64,000 nucleotides of DNA from a virus, in the IMG/VR virus record IMGVR_UViG_3300050120_000210, positions 32,001 through 96,000 of that record. One strand, given 5' to 3'. Shown here piece by piece: positions 9,509-19,280 of this stretch. Made by a program: the position numbers and the translations under genes. The stretch's first letter is position 1. Every line of letters starts with the position of its first letter. The notes under the pieces were generated by a model, which had not been told where the DNA came from, searched no databases, and was given only the letters and a program-made list of their open reading frames with translations.

Positions 9509-10215
9509 TGGACCTGAACGCTCTCGAACTCCGTGTGAAGAAAAAAGTCTCGGTGCTCTATCACGAGAAACACCCGGAACCGGGTGTGATCGTCGATGTC
9601 CCCGATTTCGACGCACGGATGGGTCGCCTACGGGCTTTCCAGCGGAACCTACGCGGCCATCGCGAGATCATGACGGCGCGGAAGAAGCGCGCCGATTACG
9701 TGGCCAGTCAGGTTGCCGTGCTGTGGGAACTTTCCCGCGCTCTGGCGGATGGAAAGCGTATCATGGCGTTCGACGTGGAACGCACGCTGTCGGAGATCAC
9801 GCAAGAAGTCGGCGTGACGACCTTCCGTCGTGGCGAAGGTTTTCGATCCTTCAACTTCCGAGTCGAAGGGGCGCCCAAGCGCGCCATGTCCTTTGCTTTT
9901 GGCAACTCCGATGTGATGCCGTGGGAAGAGATGAAACGCCGCCTCATGCTGGAAGGTGAACAGTCGGATTTCTATGTCGGCCATAGCATCGCGACCGACT
10001 TCGAGCATCTGAAGAGCAAGGGTCTACGCCTGCCGTTCCGGCCGATCATGGACACGTTCCATGCTTCCTGTCTCGTAGAGGAACGGGAGGGTGGCAAGCT
10101 GGGCGAACTCTGTGAATATCTTGGTGTGGACGCCAGTCGGCCGCACGGCGGTGGCAACGATGCTCGATACAATATGGAACTAGCCCTCGCCATGGTCGAT
10201 GCCTATGTCTCTTGA
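9508..10215 (+). CDS. DEDDh 3'-5' exonuclease
   Basis: AFDVE, VGHS..TD, DT, H.GGNDA motifs. Confidence 0.8.
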   Translation: MDLNALELRVKKKVSVLYHEKHPEPGVIVDVPDFDARMGRLRAFQRNLRGHREIMTARKKRADYVASQVAVLWELSRALADGKRIMAFDVERTLSEITQEVGVTTFRRGEGFRSFNFRVEGAPKRAMSFAFGNSDVMPWEEMKRRLMLEGEQSDFYVGHSIATDFEHLKSKGLRLPFRPIMDTFHASCLVEEREGGKLGELCEYLGVDASRPHGGGNDARYNMELALAMVDAYVS

Positions 10216-10465
10216 AGCGGCACAGTCTCGCTGCGACACCCTGAACATGCTGTTCAAGATGTATGAGATCAATTTGGTCTCGTCCTACAAGGACAGCGCC
10301 AGACGGCCATGGCGCCTTTCGGTCTCGAAAAACAAAACCGAGAAGCTGTTCACACTGACGACGGGCAACGGCCCGCAAATTCGGTTCTTCTGGTCGGGGA
10401 CGCAGATGGAAAACTACGCCCACCGACTCATTCGTCTCGTGCAGTCTCGTGCCGATGCTGAATGA
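10199..10465 (+). CDS. Hypothetical protein (paralog of next gene)
   Basis: Shares RRP(W/F)RL and LN.L.KM blocks with 10449-10889. Confidence 0.6.
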   Translation: MPMSLEAAQSRCDTLNMLFKMYEINLVSSYKDSARRPWRLSVSKNKTEKLFTLTTGNGPQIRFFWSGTQMENYAHRLIRLVQSRADAE

Positions 10466-10889
10466 TCGTCGTATCCCCACCGGCGACGAGCACGAGCGTA
10501 TTCGAGCGTGCAATGAACGCCTGACTCCTTTGGGTCTCAAGGCGTTTTTCTTTTCGAAAGATGGCCCAAATGGATCACGCCGCCCGTTCCGGTTGACGCG
10601 CAATGGGCGGACGGATTCAATGCGCTACTTCACGACCATCGACGCTCTGGAAAGATATACCGACCGGGTGTTCACCGAGCAGGATCAAGTTCAAAAACTG
10701 AACGTCTTGCTGAAGATGTTCGATACCGGATACAAAACACAGATCATTTGGAAAAGTAACAAGTGCGAATATGAACTGAGTCCATCGGCTTCATATTCCG
10801 GGCGACCGAAAATGACCTTTCTATCTATTCGACAGTTGCTTGCGCGGGCTCAACGAATGATGGAAGAGCATCAAAAACTCGATGTCTGA
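10449..10889 (+). CDS. Hypothetical protein
   Basis: Coupled ORF. Confidence 0.6.
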   Translation: MPMLNDRRIPTGDEHERIRACNERLTPLGLKAFFFSKDGPNGSRRPFRLTRNGRTDSMRYFTTIDALERYTDRVFTEQDQVQKLNVLLKMFDTGYKTQIIWKSNKCEYELSPSASYSGRPKMTFLSIRQLLARAQRMMEEHQKLDV

Positions 10890-11181
10890 TTGTGAACTCT
10901 GCACCCGAGAACTCGTGCTCGGCCCGAGTATCGACGAACACCACCTGATTCCCAAACTGAAGGGCGGGAAACGTGGACCGACCGTGATTATCCACAAGGT
11001 CTGTCACGCGAAAATCCACTCGATTTTCACGGAATCCGAGCTTGCCCGCATCTACAACACCATCGAAAAGCTTCTAGAACACCCAGAAATAGAGAAATTC
11101 GTTAAATGGGTTTCTAAGAAGCATCCCGAGTTTTATGAGTCGAGCCGAGAGAGTAACGGCAAGCGTCGGAAGCGACGCTAA
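10882..11181 (+). CDS. Small HNH endonuclease
   Basis: CELC..., EHHLIPK..GG, H..CH..IH. Confidence 0.85.
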   Translation: MSDCELCTRELVLGPSIDEHHLIPKLKGGKRGPTVIIHKVCHAKIHSIFTESELARIYNTIEKLLEHPEIEKFVKWVSKKHPEFYESSRESNGKRRKRR

Positions 11182-11186
11182 TTTGG

Positions 11187-11214
11187 TTGACCCCTTCGAA
11201 ATCTGTGGGATACT
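11187..11214 (+). promoter_or_regulatory. Sigma70-type early promoter
   Basis: TTGACC-16nt-GATACT upstream of GGAGG RBS. Confidence 0.55.
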
Positions 11215-11242
11215 CAAGTTCTAGTCCGCAGCGGAGGTCCCC

Positions 11243-11683
11243 ATGAAAGTCGCCATTTACCAGATGACCGTTGGTGCCCTCCGCAACCGCTACGATGACG
11301 CCGGTCGCAGGCTCGTCGATGAAGCCGCTGGCATCGTCCTTCGCGGCGTGGCCGAAAATCGCTACGTCTACAGCGGTCGCGTGAAGTTCGACGATCCGAT
11401 GATCGGCGAGGGCGATGCCCGTCAGCATGACTGGGCCGTCGCCATGGAGAAGGCGTTCTACGCCACTCAGAACGATTGCGCTGAGACCGGTCGTTGGACC
11501 GGCAACGAAAGCACCATCTATTCGGCCGCCGAGCGCCAGCGTTCGACCATGGTCGGCGACATCTTCGTCTATGGCGAAGACGCGTGGGTCGTGGCTTCCT
11601 GCGGCTTCAAGAAACTTCCGGCTCCGGTCGGCAAGGCGTTGGTTGAGGGCGCGAAGCCCGGCAACGCCATGGACGACATGTAG
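11243..11683 (+). CDS. Hypothetical protein, YodL-like motif
   Basis: RSTMVGDIF...VASCGF; strong RBS. Confidence 0.6.
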   Translation: MKVAIYQMTVGALRNRYDDAGRRLVDEAAGIVLRGVAENRYVYSGRVKFDDPMIGEGDARQHDWAVAMEKAFYATQNDCAETGRWTGNESTIYSAAERQRSTMVGDIFVYGEDAWVVASCGFKKLPAPVGKALVEGAKPGNAMDDM

Positions 11684-11694
11684 GAGAACCAGAC

Positions 11695-12027
11695 ATGACC
11701 ACGCGCAAGAAAATCATCTTCGGCTTCGCCACGTTCTACCTCGTGTGCGGCCTGACCGTCTCGTCCCTGCTCGCCTACGCTCTGCCCGCGACGAGCATCT
11801 CCGGTCGGCTCTATCTGATCGTCATCTGGCCAGCGATGGTTTCGGCTGGCAGTTTCCACACGCCTACCCCGCCGATCCCGGCGTGGTGCTTCAGCTTCTC
11901 CGGCGGCAAGGAACTCGATCAATGGATTCCCTTCGCGGGTCTGATGCTGGGCATGGCGATCTTTTTGGTCCTGCTGTTCACCGGCAAGATCAAAATCGGC
12001 AACGGTCTGCGTATCCGTAGCAAGTGA
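11695..12027 (+). CDS. Membrane protein
   Basis: Three hydrophobic segments; AGGAG RBS. Confidence 0.65.
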   Translation: MTTRKKIIFGFATFYLVCGLTVSSLLAYALPATSISGRLYLIVIWPAMVSAGSFHTPTPPIPAWCFSFSGGKELDQWIPFAGLMLGMAIFLVLLFTGKIKIGNGLRIRSK

Positions 12028-13118
12028 CCGACCTTCTCAACGATTTCGCTGCGGCGGCCGAGAAGGAAAAGCACCTCCAATGCTATCGGGGGCTGATCCG
12101 CCGAGCGCGCCCCTATACGCTCGATGACGACGCCACTGCGTTGATTACGGAACTGGCGTCCGGCCCGACGATCAACGACAAGCTGTCGATCTATCGCATC
12201 CTCGCCCGTCTCCCGTTTGACGTGGTCTGGCTCGAACTGAACTACGATGCCCGCTACTACGCCCGCGTGGCGCTGGGCACATCGGTCGGTGAGAAGCCCA
12301 AGGATGTTCCCGACCGCATGGGCTGGCTCATGGAGCGCGTCACAGACACGGTGTGGCGAGCGACCACCATCATCCGATATGGTAAGGGCGTGACCGAGAG
12401 TGGCCGCCAAGTCGATACCTTCGGCTGCACCCATGTCATCTCGACGGAAGGCCCCCTAGAGTTCCGCTCGTTCGTCCGAGACCCTGTCCTGCGTCAAGCG
12501 GTCAAAGAGATCAACGAACCCGAACCCGACCGCGAAGCGTCCATGATCGCGGCGCTGATGTGGGGTTTCGGTGAGAGCGCGAACACGGCGGTCCATAACG
12601 GCCAAAAGATGATGCACATCGGCCTGCCGAGCCACCTCAACAAATCCAACGCCGTTGATCTGCCCGCCTCGTGGGAACCCATGATGGAGAAGGTCAGCAA
12701 GGGTGTGACAAGCGTGAAGCTCGCCCGCACCAAAGAGTTCATGATGACCTCGGCGGTTGAGCTTCAGGGCGACCTTCGTTTTCTGATGGCGGCGTTGGCT
12801 ACCCTCAACGAAGTGCCGATCACTTATGCCGATTTCAAGCCGAAGGGCTCGCGCCGCATCGGCGGCGGCATCAAGGAATATCTGGTCAACCGCATCGTGA
12901 CCATCGCCATCCCGAAGAAATATGGCCGCACCAACAAAGTCATGAAGATGCTTCGTCTGGCCGAAGTGCGGATGCGGCGCCACGAGGTGTCCGGCTACTG
13001 GAAGCGTGTGCGCTTCGGTGACGGCCGGGTCGAACGTCGGTGGATCAATGAATATATGCGCGGTGACGCCGGACTGGGTTTCGTGCGGCAAGAACGCGAA
13101 GTCGTGGAGTCCAAGTGA
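12024..13118 (+). CDS. Phage hypothetical protein
   Basis: 364-aa coupled ORF; C-terminal RRHEVSGYW...RWI..Y.RGD block. Confidence 0.75.
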   Translation: MTDLLNDFAAAAEKEKHLQCYRGLIRRARPYTLDDDATALITELASGPTINDKLSIYRILARLPFDVVWLELNYDARYYARVALGTSVGEKPKDVPDRMGWLMERVTDTVWRATTIIRYGKGVTESGRQVDTFGCTHVISTEGPLEFRSFVRDPVLRQAVKEINEPEPDREASMIAALMWGFGESANTAVHNGQKMMHIGLPSHLNKSNAVDLPASWEPMMEKVSKGVTSVKLARTKEFMMTSAVELQGDLRFLMAALATLNEVPITYADFKPKGSRRIGGGIKEYLVNRIVTIAIPKKYGRTNKVMKMLRLAEVRMRRHEVSGYWKRVRFGDGRVERRWINEYMRGDAGLGFVRQEREVVESK

Positions 13119-13885
13119 TGCTCGAATCAACTTTCAACCGTGGCCTGCTGTGGACCTATTGGAAGACCGCACACGCCCAATTGGGCGTGGCCCTCGGTGA
13201 TAGAGGCCAAGACGAGTTCAATACGATCCTTGCGGCCTATAAAGCCAAGGGTCGGAAGTATCATGGCATCAAGCATCTGGTGCACGGGCTTGACATGATC
13301 CGTCAAATCCAACGGTCGCTGCTGGATTTGGGAACCAGTTTCGCGCGCATTGGTCCCAGCGTGGACATGCAACCGCAAACCGGTCTCACGTTCCGTGAGA
13401 TGGCGCTGCTGGTGCTCGCGTTTTTCTATCACGACATCATCTACGACGTGTCTCGTAAGGACAACGAAGTGATGAGCGCCAAGCGGGCGCGAGAATATCT
13501 GTCGGCGTTCCTGCGCGAGGACGAACTCCTGCGGATCGACGTTTTGATCCATGCGACGGCCGACCATCAGAACTCCGACGTGACCGACCCACTGTGGCCG
13601 CTTATGAACGACGGCGATCTCGCGATCATGGCGGCGAAGCGGCCGATCTACGAGCAGTATGGGAAGAAGGTTTGGCAGGAATATCGCGCCATCGTCAAAC
13701 GCCTGCCGTTCGTGACGGGGCGGGCGGACTTCATCAAGAAGTTCGGCTCAAAGCCCATCTTCCGCACGGAGTTCATGATGGGTCGCAAAGAAGAGATCGC
13801 GAAAGAAAATCTCTTTTGGGAATATGCTCGTCTAGTCAAAGAGGCCGACGAGTTGATGGCAGCCCACGCGAATGGCGCCCCGTAA
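13115..13885 (+). CDS. HD-superfamily metal-dependent phosphohydrolase
   Basis: RKYHGIKH, FYHDIIY, NE..SA, D.DLAI motifs. Confidence 0.85.
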   Translation: MMLESTFNRGLLWTYWKTAHAQLGVALGDRGQDEFNTILAAYKAKGRKYHGIKHLVHGLDMIRQIQRSLLDLGTSFARIGPSVDMQPQTGLTFREMALLVLAFFYHDIIYDVSRKDNEVMSAKRAREYLSAFLREDELLRIDVLIHATADHQNSDVTDPLWPLMNDGDLAIMAAKRPIYEQYGKKVWQEYRAIVKRLPFVTGRADFIKKFGSKPIFRTEFMMGRKEEIAKENLFWEYARLVKEADELMAAHANGAP

Positions 13886-13927
13886 AGGGCGCCACCACGT
13901 AGTCATATGCCATTCTTGCTCAGTCGC

Positions 13928-14314
13928 TTAGGCAGCGGCGGGAGCGGCAACCATCGCCGCCTTGGCTTCGAAAGCCAGAGCGTCGATTTCGGCCTTGAAC
14001 GCTGCGACCATGCGGTCCAGCGCGTCAATCGCCATCGGGGTCAGAACGGTGCCTGCGGGCACGTAGTGTGCGAGCGCAGCGGAAATGGCGGGGGTGATGG
14101 CAGTCAGGCCGACATCCAGAGCCGCCTTCATGGCCGTGTCACCCATATCAACTGCGTTGGACGCAGCTTGCTTCAGGTCGGGCAGGATGGCGTTGATTGC
14201 ATCATGCAGGGGCGCGGGGAGGTGATTCACGAGGGCCACGGCGTCGGCTTCGATCTTGGCAGCAGCGTCAGAGAAGCTGAGCTTGCCATGCAGGACTTCA
14301 GTAAGGATGGACAT
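13928..14314 (-). CDS. Ala-rich hypothetical late protein
   Basis: GGAG RBS; TAAATA at 14345-14350. Confidence 0.65.
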   Translation of the reverse strand: MSILTEVLHGKLSFSDAAAKIEADAVALVNHLPAPLHDAINAILPDLKQAASNAVDMGDTAMKAALDVGLTAITPAISAALAHYVPAGTVLTPMAIDALDRMVAAFKAEIDALAFEAKAAMVAAPAAA

Positions 14315-14451
14315 ATTGGGTCTCCAAAGGAATGGTTATGACCCTATTTATCTCGCCATTCCGAGCAGCCGTTCGTAAGGGCAAAATCGTTAATTAGTGA
14401 CTCGTTGACCAGATCAGCGGTATGGTGAAGGCATTCAAATGAGCTATTTCG

Positions 14452-15045
14452 ATGCCCAAACCCATTCAAAAAAGCAAAATCCAGTTCGCTCTTCGTGCGG
14501 CCGACAAAACATATTGGGACGGCCGTAGTCGCCGAAGATTGCGTCACGGCGCCATGGCCGCATGGTATCCGAAACTGAGCGCAGTGCCGACTTTTTGGTC
14601 TACTCAGAAAAAAGCGGCCTCGCAGTGGAAGAAGTATGAGCTTGAGCGACTATGCGGTGAAGATGTGCCGCCGCTGCACTTGGTTCAATACAAGCTGGAA
14701 GCCGTCGAGACGAACGAGATCATTCTCCAAGTCAGTTTCGCCGACACGGTCTACGAGCGCATCAAGCGCGCGCATGGCCTAGATTTCTCGCAAGCGTTCC
14801 TGAAGGTCACCAAGGAATGTGACTCGAAACGAGAGCAAATCGAAGAATATAAGTATGCGTTCCGCCGTCGCGGCGCGACGAAAACCATCATCGAAGAACA
14901 AATGCCGGAAGCGATCTCTTATGGCTTTGTCACCATCGTGAAATCTGAACGAGACTGGGTCTACGCACGAATGTTGCTCGGAAGCCAGTTCACGGAACAC
15001 TGGGAAATGGCTCCGTTCTATGATATAAATACGCCACTCGGCTAA
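14452..15045 (+). CDS. Hypothetical protein
   Basis: ORF after GTTGACC element near 14405; ends KSERDWVYARMLLG. Confidence 0.65.
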   Translation: MPKPIQKSKIQFALRAADKTYWDGRSRRRLRHGAMAAWYPKLSAVPTFWSTQKKAASQWKKYELERLCGEDVPPLHLVQYKLEAVETNEIILQVSFADTVYERIKRAHGLDFSQAFLKVTKECDSKREQIEEYKYAFRRRGATKTIIEEQMPEAISYGFVTIVKSERDWVYARMLLGSQFTEHWEMAPFYDINTPLG

Positions 15046-15088
15046 TGTCAGCCGAGCTTAGGAGGTTGTCTATGTCACTGCGGGACGC

Positions 15089-15919
15089 TTGACGCGCCGG
15101 TTCGAAACTTTCTGCGAGACGCGAGGGATTTCGTTCCACCACGAGGATCACGTTCGATCCTATGATTCCACGACGCTGTTCTGCCCGGCGGGTATGCAGC
15201 AGTTCAAATCCCAGTTCCGAGACCCCAACTACCGGGGAACCGTCTCGAACATTCAGGGATGTCTACGCCTCAATGATCTCGATGAGATCGGCGACGGCAC
15301 CCACCTACTCCACTTCGACATGATGGGCTTGTTCTCCTTCCGCGAACTCAGCGTTCAGGATGCGGTGAACTTTTGGTTCGATTTCCTTGAAGAGATCGGC
15401 CTACGTCCAGACACGGTCACGATCCACCCAGATCGTATGGAGGAGTGGCGCGGGCTCTACGACGGCCGCAACGTCATCGTGAAGCCCGATGTGGAATGCA
15501 TCTGGTCGGACGGTGAAATCGGCGGCTATTGCACCGAGTTCTACATCGACGGTGTCGAGATCGGGAACATCGTCAACACCAACGGCGATTGCATCGACGT
15601 GGGCTTCGGCCTTGACCGTCTGTTGTTGTTCCTCGGAGATATCCCACCAGACAGGATCACCGTGCTCCAACGCGGGATCGGCCAGATTATCAAGTCGGGT
15701 TTCGTGCCGGGCAATAAGCAACAGGGCTACACCCTTCGGCGCCTGTTGCGACTTCTAGTGCGTGAGGGAGGCGATCTAGATCATCCGTTCTTCGAAGAAG
15801 AGCGGGTCCGGCAAAATCTTTTGAGAGAAAAGTTTGAGCGCCTGTCGCCCAAACATGGGGACAAACCACCAGAGTGGTGGATGGACACCCACGGTATCGA
15901 GGTATCCGACTTCAGGTAA
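15089..15919 (+). CDS. Truncated alanyl-tRNA synthetase-like protein (aminoacylation core only)
   Basis: TLFCPAGMQQFK, Q.CLR.NDLDEIGD.TH...F.M.G.F, EIGN, IDVGFGLDR, GYTLRRLLR; true start may be ATG 15072 in another frame. Confidence 0.88.
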   Translation: MTRRFETFCETRGISFHHEDHVRSYDSTTLFCPAGMQQFKSQFRDPNYRGTVSNIQGCLRLNDLDEIGDGTHLLHFDMMGLFSFRELSVQDAVNFWFDFLEEIGLRPDTVTIHPDRMEEWRGLYDGRNVIVKPDVECIWSDGEIGGYCTEFYIDGVEIGNIVNTNGDCIDVGFGLDRLLLFLGDIPPDRITVLQRGIGQIIKSGFVPGNKQQGYTLRRLLRLLVREGGDLDHPFFEEERVRQNLLREKFERLSPKHGDKPPEWWMDTHGIEVSDFR

Positions 15920-16121
15920 GGTATCGGCTCCGGTTAGCATCGTTCTGACCGGAGTCGTATCCCCGACCAAACTCGGAAGCCAGTGCGGCGTTCAACGCGG
16001 CGGCTGTGCGCTGAGCCTGAGCTTCCAGCGGAACCGACAGTTCGAGGCCAATGTGCTTCCCGTGATAGAGGATGCACCAGCGCCCAGCGTCGTTTCGATC
16101 AGTGGTATAAGGCTCGCTCAT
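15912..16121 (-). CDS. Small hypothetical protein
   Basis: ORF; TAAATA at 16128-16133. Confidence 0.55.
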   Translation of the reverse strand: MSEPYTTDRNDAGRWCILYHGKHIGLELSVPLEAQAQRTAAALNAALASEFGRGYDSGQNDANRSRYLT

Positions 16122-16130
16122 ACCCCTTAT

Positions 16131-16388
16131 TTATATCGGCTTAGAACCCTTCCGCAGGCCCTTCAGGGCCTCAGTCACAATTGCCGCACCTACTGGGTCC
16201 ACTGGCATCTCCGGCACTTTCTCGGGATCGCAGTTGAGGCCCATTTCCTCAAGTTGGCGGCGGACGATCAAGAAGTCCTGACCCCACCACGCGTCATCAC
16301 CCTCGATACCGCGCTCGACCATGCTGAAGATCAGAGACCAGACGGAGTTGCGGAACTCTTCGTATGAAAGTTCAGTTTTCTTCGTCAT
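16131..16388 (-). CDS. Small hypothetical protein
   Basis: Tiles leftward operon. Confidence 0.6.
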   Translation of the reverse strand: MTKKTELSYEEFRNSVWSLIFSMVERGIEGDDAWWGQDFLIVRRQLEEMGLNCDPEKVPEMPVDPVGAAIVTEALKGLRKGSKPI

Positions 16389-17157
16389 ATTTCGCCTTCT
16401 CCTTGACGATGGCTTCGACCATGAACTTCCCGAGCATGGTGTAACCGTTTTCGTTGAAGTCCTGCGATCCGGCGCCGGGCGTCGGCATCAGTGCCTTGCG
16501 AAGGGCGTTCATGCCCATGAACACTTGCCACAGGTTCAGAAGGTCTTCGAGATTTTGCTCCCTCTGCGCGTCGGACATATCGCGTCTACCAAGCATCGGA
16601 TTGAGTTGATTCTTCAGAGGCCAGATGGGCATTTCGCCAGTATTGAAAATGCGGCCCATTTCCTCTCGCAAAGTCCAAATATGATGCTGGTTTTCTTCGT
16701 TCTCGGCGCCAATATGGATCGCGATCTCAGAATCAAGTGCATGAAACTTATCGCGTTTCATGGCGATGCTTTGTCCGACCGTGGTGGGCATGTCGGCGCC
16801 CCACGAGTCGATGGGCATGTCCTTCAACATCTGAAACGCGTCTTCACGGATCATCCATTGAAAATAGTTCGGCGGAAACTCGGGGTTGTCGTCTTCCTCT
16901 TTGACGAGACCGACGCCGATAGACAGAGCAGAATTGAAGAACCGCTCTTCCTCTCCTTCATCGAAATCGACCCAACCGTAATCGTTGTATTTCCCCTTGG
17001 TGAGAATGGTGATCGGCTGGAACAGATCGAACGCACGATATAGCGATGAGTTACCCGACTCTTTCTGAGGTGTGAGTTTGATCGCCATGATGCGAACCGG
17101 CTCGGGATACACAATCGCAAGACCGGTCAGCCCACAAGTTTCATGCCAGCAACCCAT
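16372..17157 (-). CDS. Phage hypothetical protein (MGCWHETCGLTGL N-terminus)
   Basis: Long coupled ORF. Confidence 0.75.
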   Translation of the reverse strand: MGCWHETCGLTGLAIVYPEPVRIMAIKLTPQKESGNSSLYRAFDLFQPITILTKGKYNDYGWVDFDEGEEERFFNSALSIGVGLVKEEDDNPEFPPNYFQWMIREDAFQMLKDMPIDSWGADMPTTVGQSIAMKRDKFHALDSEIAIHIGAENEENQHHIWTLREEMGRIFNTGEMPIWPLKNQLNPMLGRRDMSDAQREQNLEDLLNLWQVFMGMNALRKALMPTPGAGSQDFNENGYTMLGKFMVEAIVKEKAKYDEEN

Positions 17158-17501
17158 TACGTCCTCATCTTTTCTAGAAGTTCGCCGTGCTCTCTGGCGC
17201 GACGAAGGCGGTGCATCAGGAGATTTTCGTATTCGTGAAACGGAAGCCCCAAACGCTCATACATCGGCCGCAACTTGTTCTGCGCTCGTTCGAAGTGATG
17301 ATTATACCATAGCGCGAGAACTTCGCCACGAGTGGGGTTATCGACTGCCGCGAGGTTCGTCAAACCGTCTGTGTATTTGATGAAGTGCTGAATTGTCTTA
17401 CGCGCGGCGGCATCGTTGTTCGCCAACTTGAGAGCGGCGACCAACAGACGGCTCGCGCGTGAAGTCGTCGAGAAATAGTGCTCGTCGAGGGTGACCGTCA
17501 C
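17157..17501 (-). CDS. Hypothetical protein
   Basis: GTGA overlap with upstream stop gives start 17501. Confidence 0.6.
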   Translation of the reverse strand: MTVTLDEHYFSTTSRASRLLVAALKLANNDAAARKTIQHFIKYTDGLTNLAAVDNPTRGEVLALWYNHHFERAQNKLRPMYERLGLPFHEYENLLMHRLRRAREHGELLEKMRT

Positions 17502-17872
17502 CTGAAGACTTTCGGCTCCATGTTGACTTTCCAGCCCACCGCGAAAGGTGTCCACCCACATTCGGCAATTACCTTGTTGCTGTCCACGGGCTTCCGCCCA
17601 GCCTCGCGGTCGATGGACCATGTGATATGATAGGTGCCCCCGATGGGACGCTCCACGGAGCCGTTGATCCGAACGATCAACGCTTGAACACCCAGACCAT
17701 CGTCGGCGAACCCAATGATTTCGGCTTCAACTTCGTCGGGTGTGGCCAGTGTCGTCAGATCACCAAGCTCGGCGGTGACATGATGCGCGATGACATCGGG
17801 ATAGGCAGGCGCGATCATGCTCAGGAGACGATCCCGATCCGATCCGGCGAGTTCCCATCCAGAATAAGCCAT
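17498..17872 (-). CDS. 2H phosphoesterase
   Basis: Two HxT motifs (HHVT and YHITW) about 50 aa apart. Confidence 0.75.
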   Translation of the reverse strand: MAYSGWELAGSDRDRLLSMIAPAYPDVIAHHVTAELGDLTTLATPDEVEAEIIGFADDGLGVQALIVRINGSVERPIGGTYHITWSIDREAGRKPVDSNKVIAECGWTPFAVGWKVNMEPKVFR

Positions 17873-17936
17873 TGGCACCTCCCAAGTGAAGCACCAACAT
17901 ATCGCGGAAGTCGATTTTGTCTACCAAATAAGTGGT

Positions 17937-18143
17937 TTACGACTTCTTCTCTTCGGCAACCTCTTCGTCGGCCTTGTCTTTCTTTTTGGTCTTGGTTTTC
18001 TTATTGATGCGGACCCGAACGTGCACGAATCGGAAAATCCGAGCGATGGCCGCGATAATCAAGAAACAGGCCACGAAGTGCCAGAAACCGCCGGACACGC
18101 TATAGGTGACCAACCATTCTACGAGTTCTTTGATCGCTTCCAT
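17937..18143 (-). CDS. Small membrane protein
   Basis: One TM helix plus basic tail. Confidence 0.55.
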   Translation of the reverse strand: MEAIKELVEWLVTYSVSGGFWHFVACFLIIAAIARIFRFVHVRVRINKKTKTKKKDKADEEVAEEKKS

Positions 18144-18658
18144 CAGGCGGCAACCACGTCGGCTTCAACCCCATCGGGGATGAGCCCGTCGAAAAGATAA
18201 ACGACCGGCTGCCAGTTCTTGGATTCCTCTTCGAGGATTTCGGCGATCACTGACCATTTGCCCTGAGCCAATCCGGCGCCGATCAGAGGAAGAGCCATGG
18301 CCACCGGCGGCGAGAAATCGAAAGACTTGATCGACTTGGCGTGTTCGTCGATTTTCTTCATCGCTTCGCGCAATCCTGCGTAGCTGACGTAGACGACGCC
18401 CGGCTCGCGGCCGTAGAACTCTTGCGAGATGACGTTGACGACGGTCTTGGCCAGAGCGGCGCTCGGAACCCAGATCACTTCACCGACCTTGAGACCCTGA
18501 TCCTCGTAGACCTTGCGGTAATCCGAGAACACTTTCTCGTCGGCATCGCGCAGCAGCTTGGCGACCCCGGAGCCCATGACACCTTGGGCGTTGCACCCTT
18601 GAATGATGAACTTCTCTTCCGCCTTGAGCAGATCACCGTGCTTGTAGATGATTTTCAT
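18143..18658 (-). CDS. Macrodomain ADP-ribose hydrolase (Poa1p/TARG1-like)
   Basis: GDLL, QGCNAQGVMGSGVAK, PLIGAGLAQGKW; start at MKIIYK. Confidence 0.9.
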   Translation of the reverse strand: MKIIYKHGDLLKAEEKFIIQGCNAQGVMGSGVAKLLRDADEKVFSDYRKVYEDQGLKVGEVIWVPSAALAKTVVNVISQEFYGREPGVVYVSYAGLREAMKKIDEHAKSIKSFDFSPPVAMALPLIGAGLAQGKWSVIAEILEEESKNWQPVVYLFDGLIPDGVEADVVAA

Positions 18659-18996
18659 TTTCCGTCCTCGATCTCGGCCATCTTGCGTTTGAACCAAGCG
18701 TCCTGCTTGGCATGTTTCCGGCGGAAATGCAGTCGCATAGCTTGCCGCATGTCCCATCCATCGATGTAACCGCAGAAAACGGCCACGAACATCAATCCGG
18801 CGCCCTGCCACCACGGGATGATTTTACCGTCGAGCGCCGACGCATAGATCGTCAAGAAGGCGGCGCCGCCAACGACCAAGCTCCATTTCATCCGCCAGAG
18901 GTTCCAGAAAATGAACCAGATGATCGTCCACGCGACGATCTGAATCTCTTGTAGGAGATTGAAGTGGATTTTCGTAGGTTCCGTCACGTCTGTCAT
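18655..18996 (-). CDS. Membrane protein
   Basis: Three hydrophobic segments. Confidence 0.6.
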   Translation of the reverse strand: MTDVTEPTKIHFNLLQEIQIVAWTIIWFIFWNLWRMKWSLVVGGAAFLTIYASALDGKIIPWWQGAGLMFVAVFCGYIDGWDMRQAMRLHFRRKHAKQDAWFKRKMAEIEDGK

Positions 18997-19280
18997 TACC
19001 ACGCCTTGGCAGGGGCTTGCTTCGATAGTACCCAACGCACCTCGCTATTGGACCATCGGGCGTAGAAGTACCCTTTTCCCTCGTCGTCCAACAGGGCTTT
19101 CTCGGCATCAGTAAGGTCTTGATGCTTCAGACCCATCCGGCCTTCGCGATAGACCACCGCATCGTCGGCCAGCATGTCGTAGACAACCTTGACGACATAG
19201 GTTGCTTCTTCACGAGCACGGCGCTCTTTTTCTTCCGTGATGGTTTTTGGCCGGGCGGCCCAGTTGATGCGTTGGGTCAT
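18996..19280 (-). CDS. Hypothetical protein
   Basis: ATGA-coupled ORF starting MTQRINW. Confidence 0.6.
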   Translation of the reverse strand: MTQRINWAARPKTITEEKERRAREEATYVVKVVYDMLADDAVVYREGRMGLKHQDLTDAEKALLDDEGKGYFYARWSNSEVRWVLSKQAPAKAW

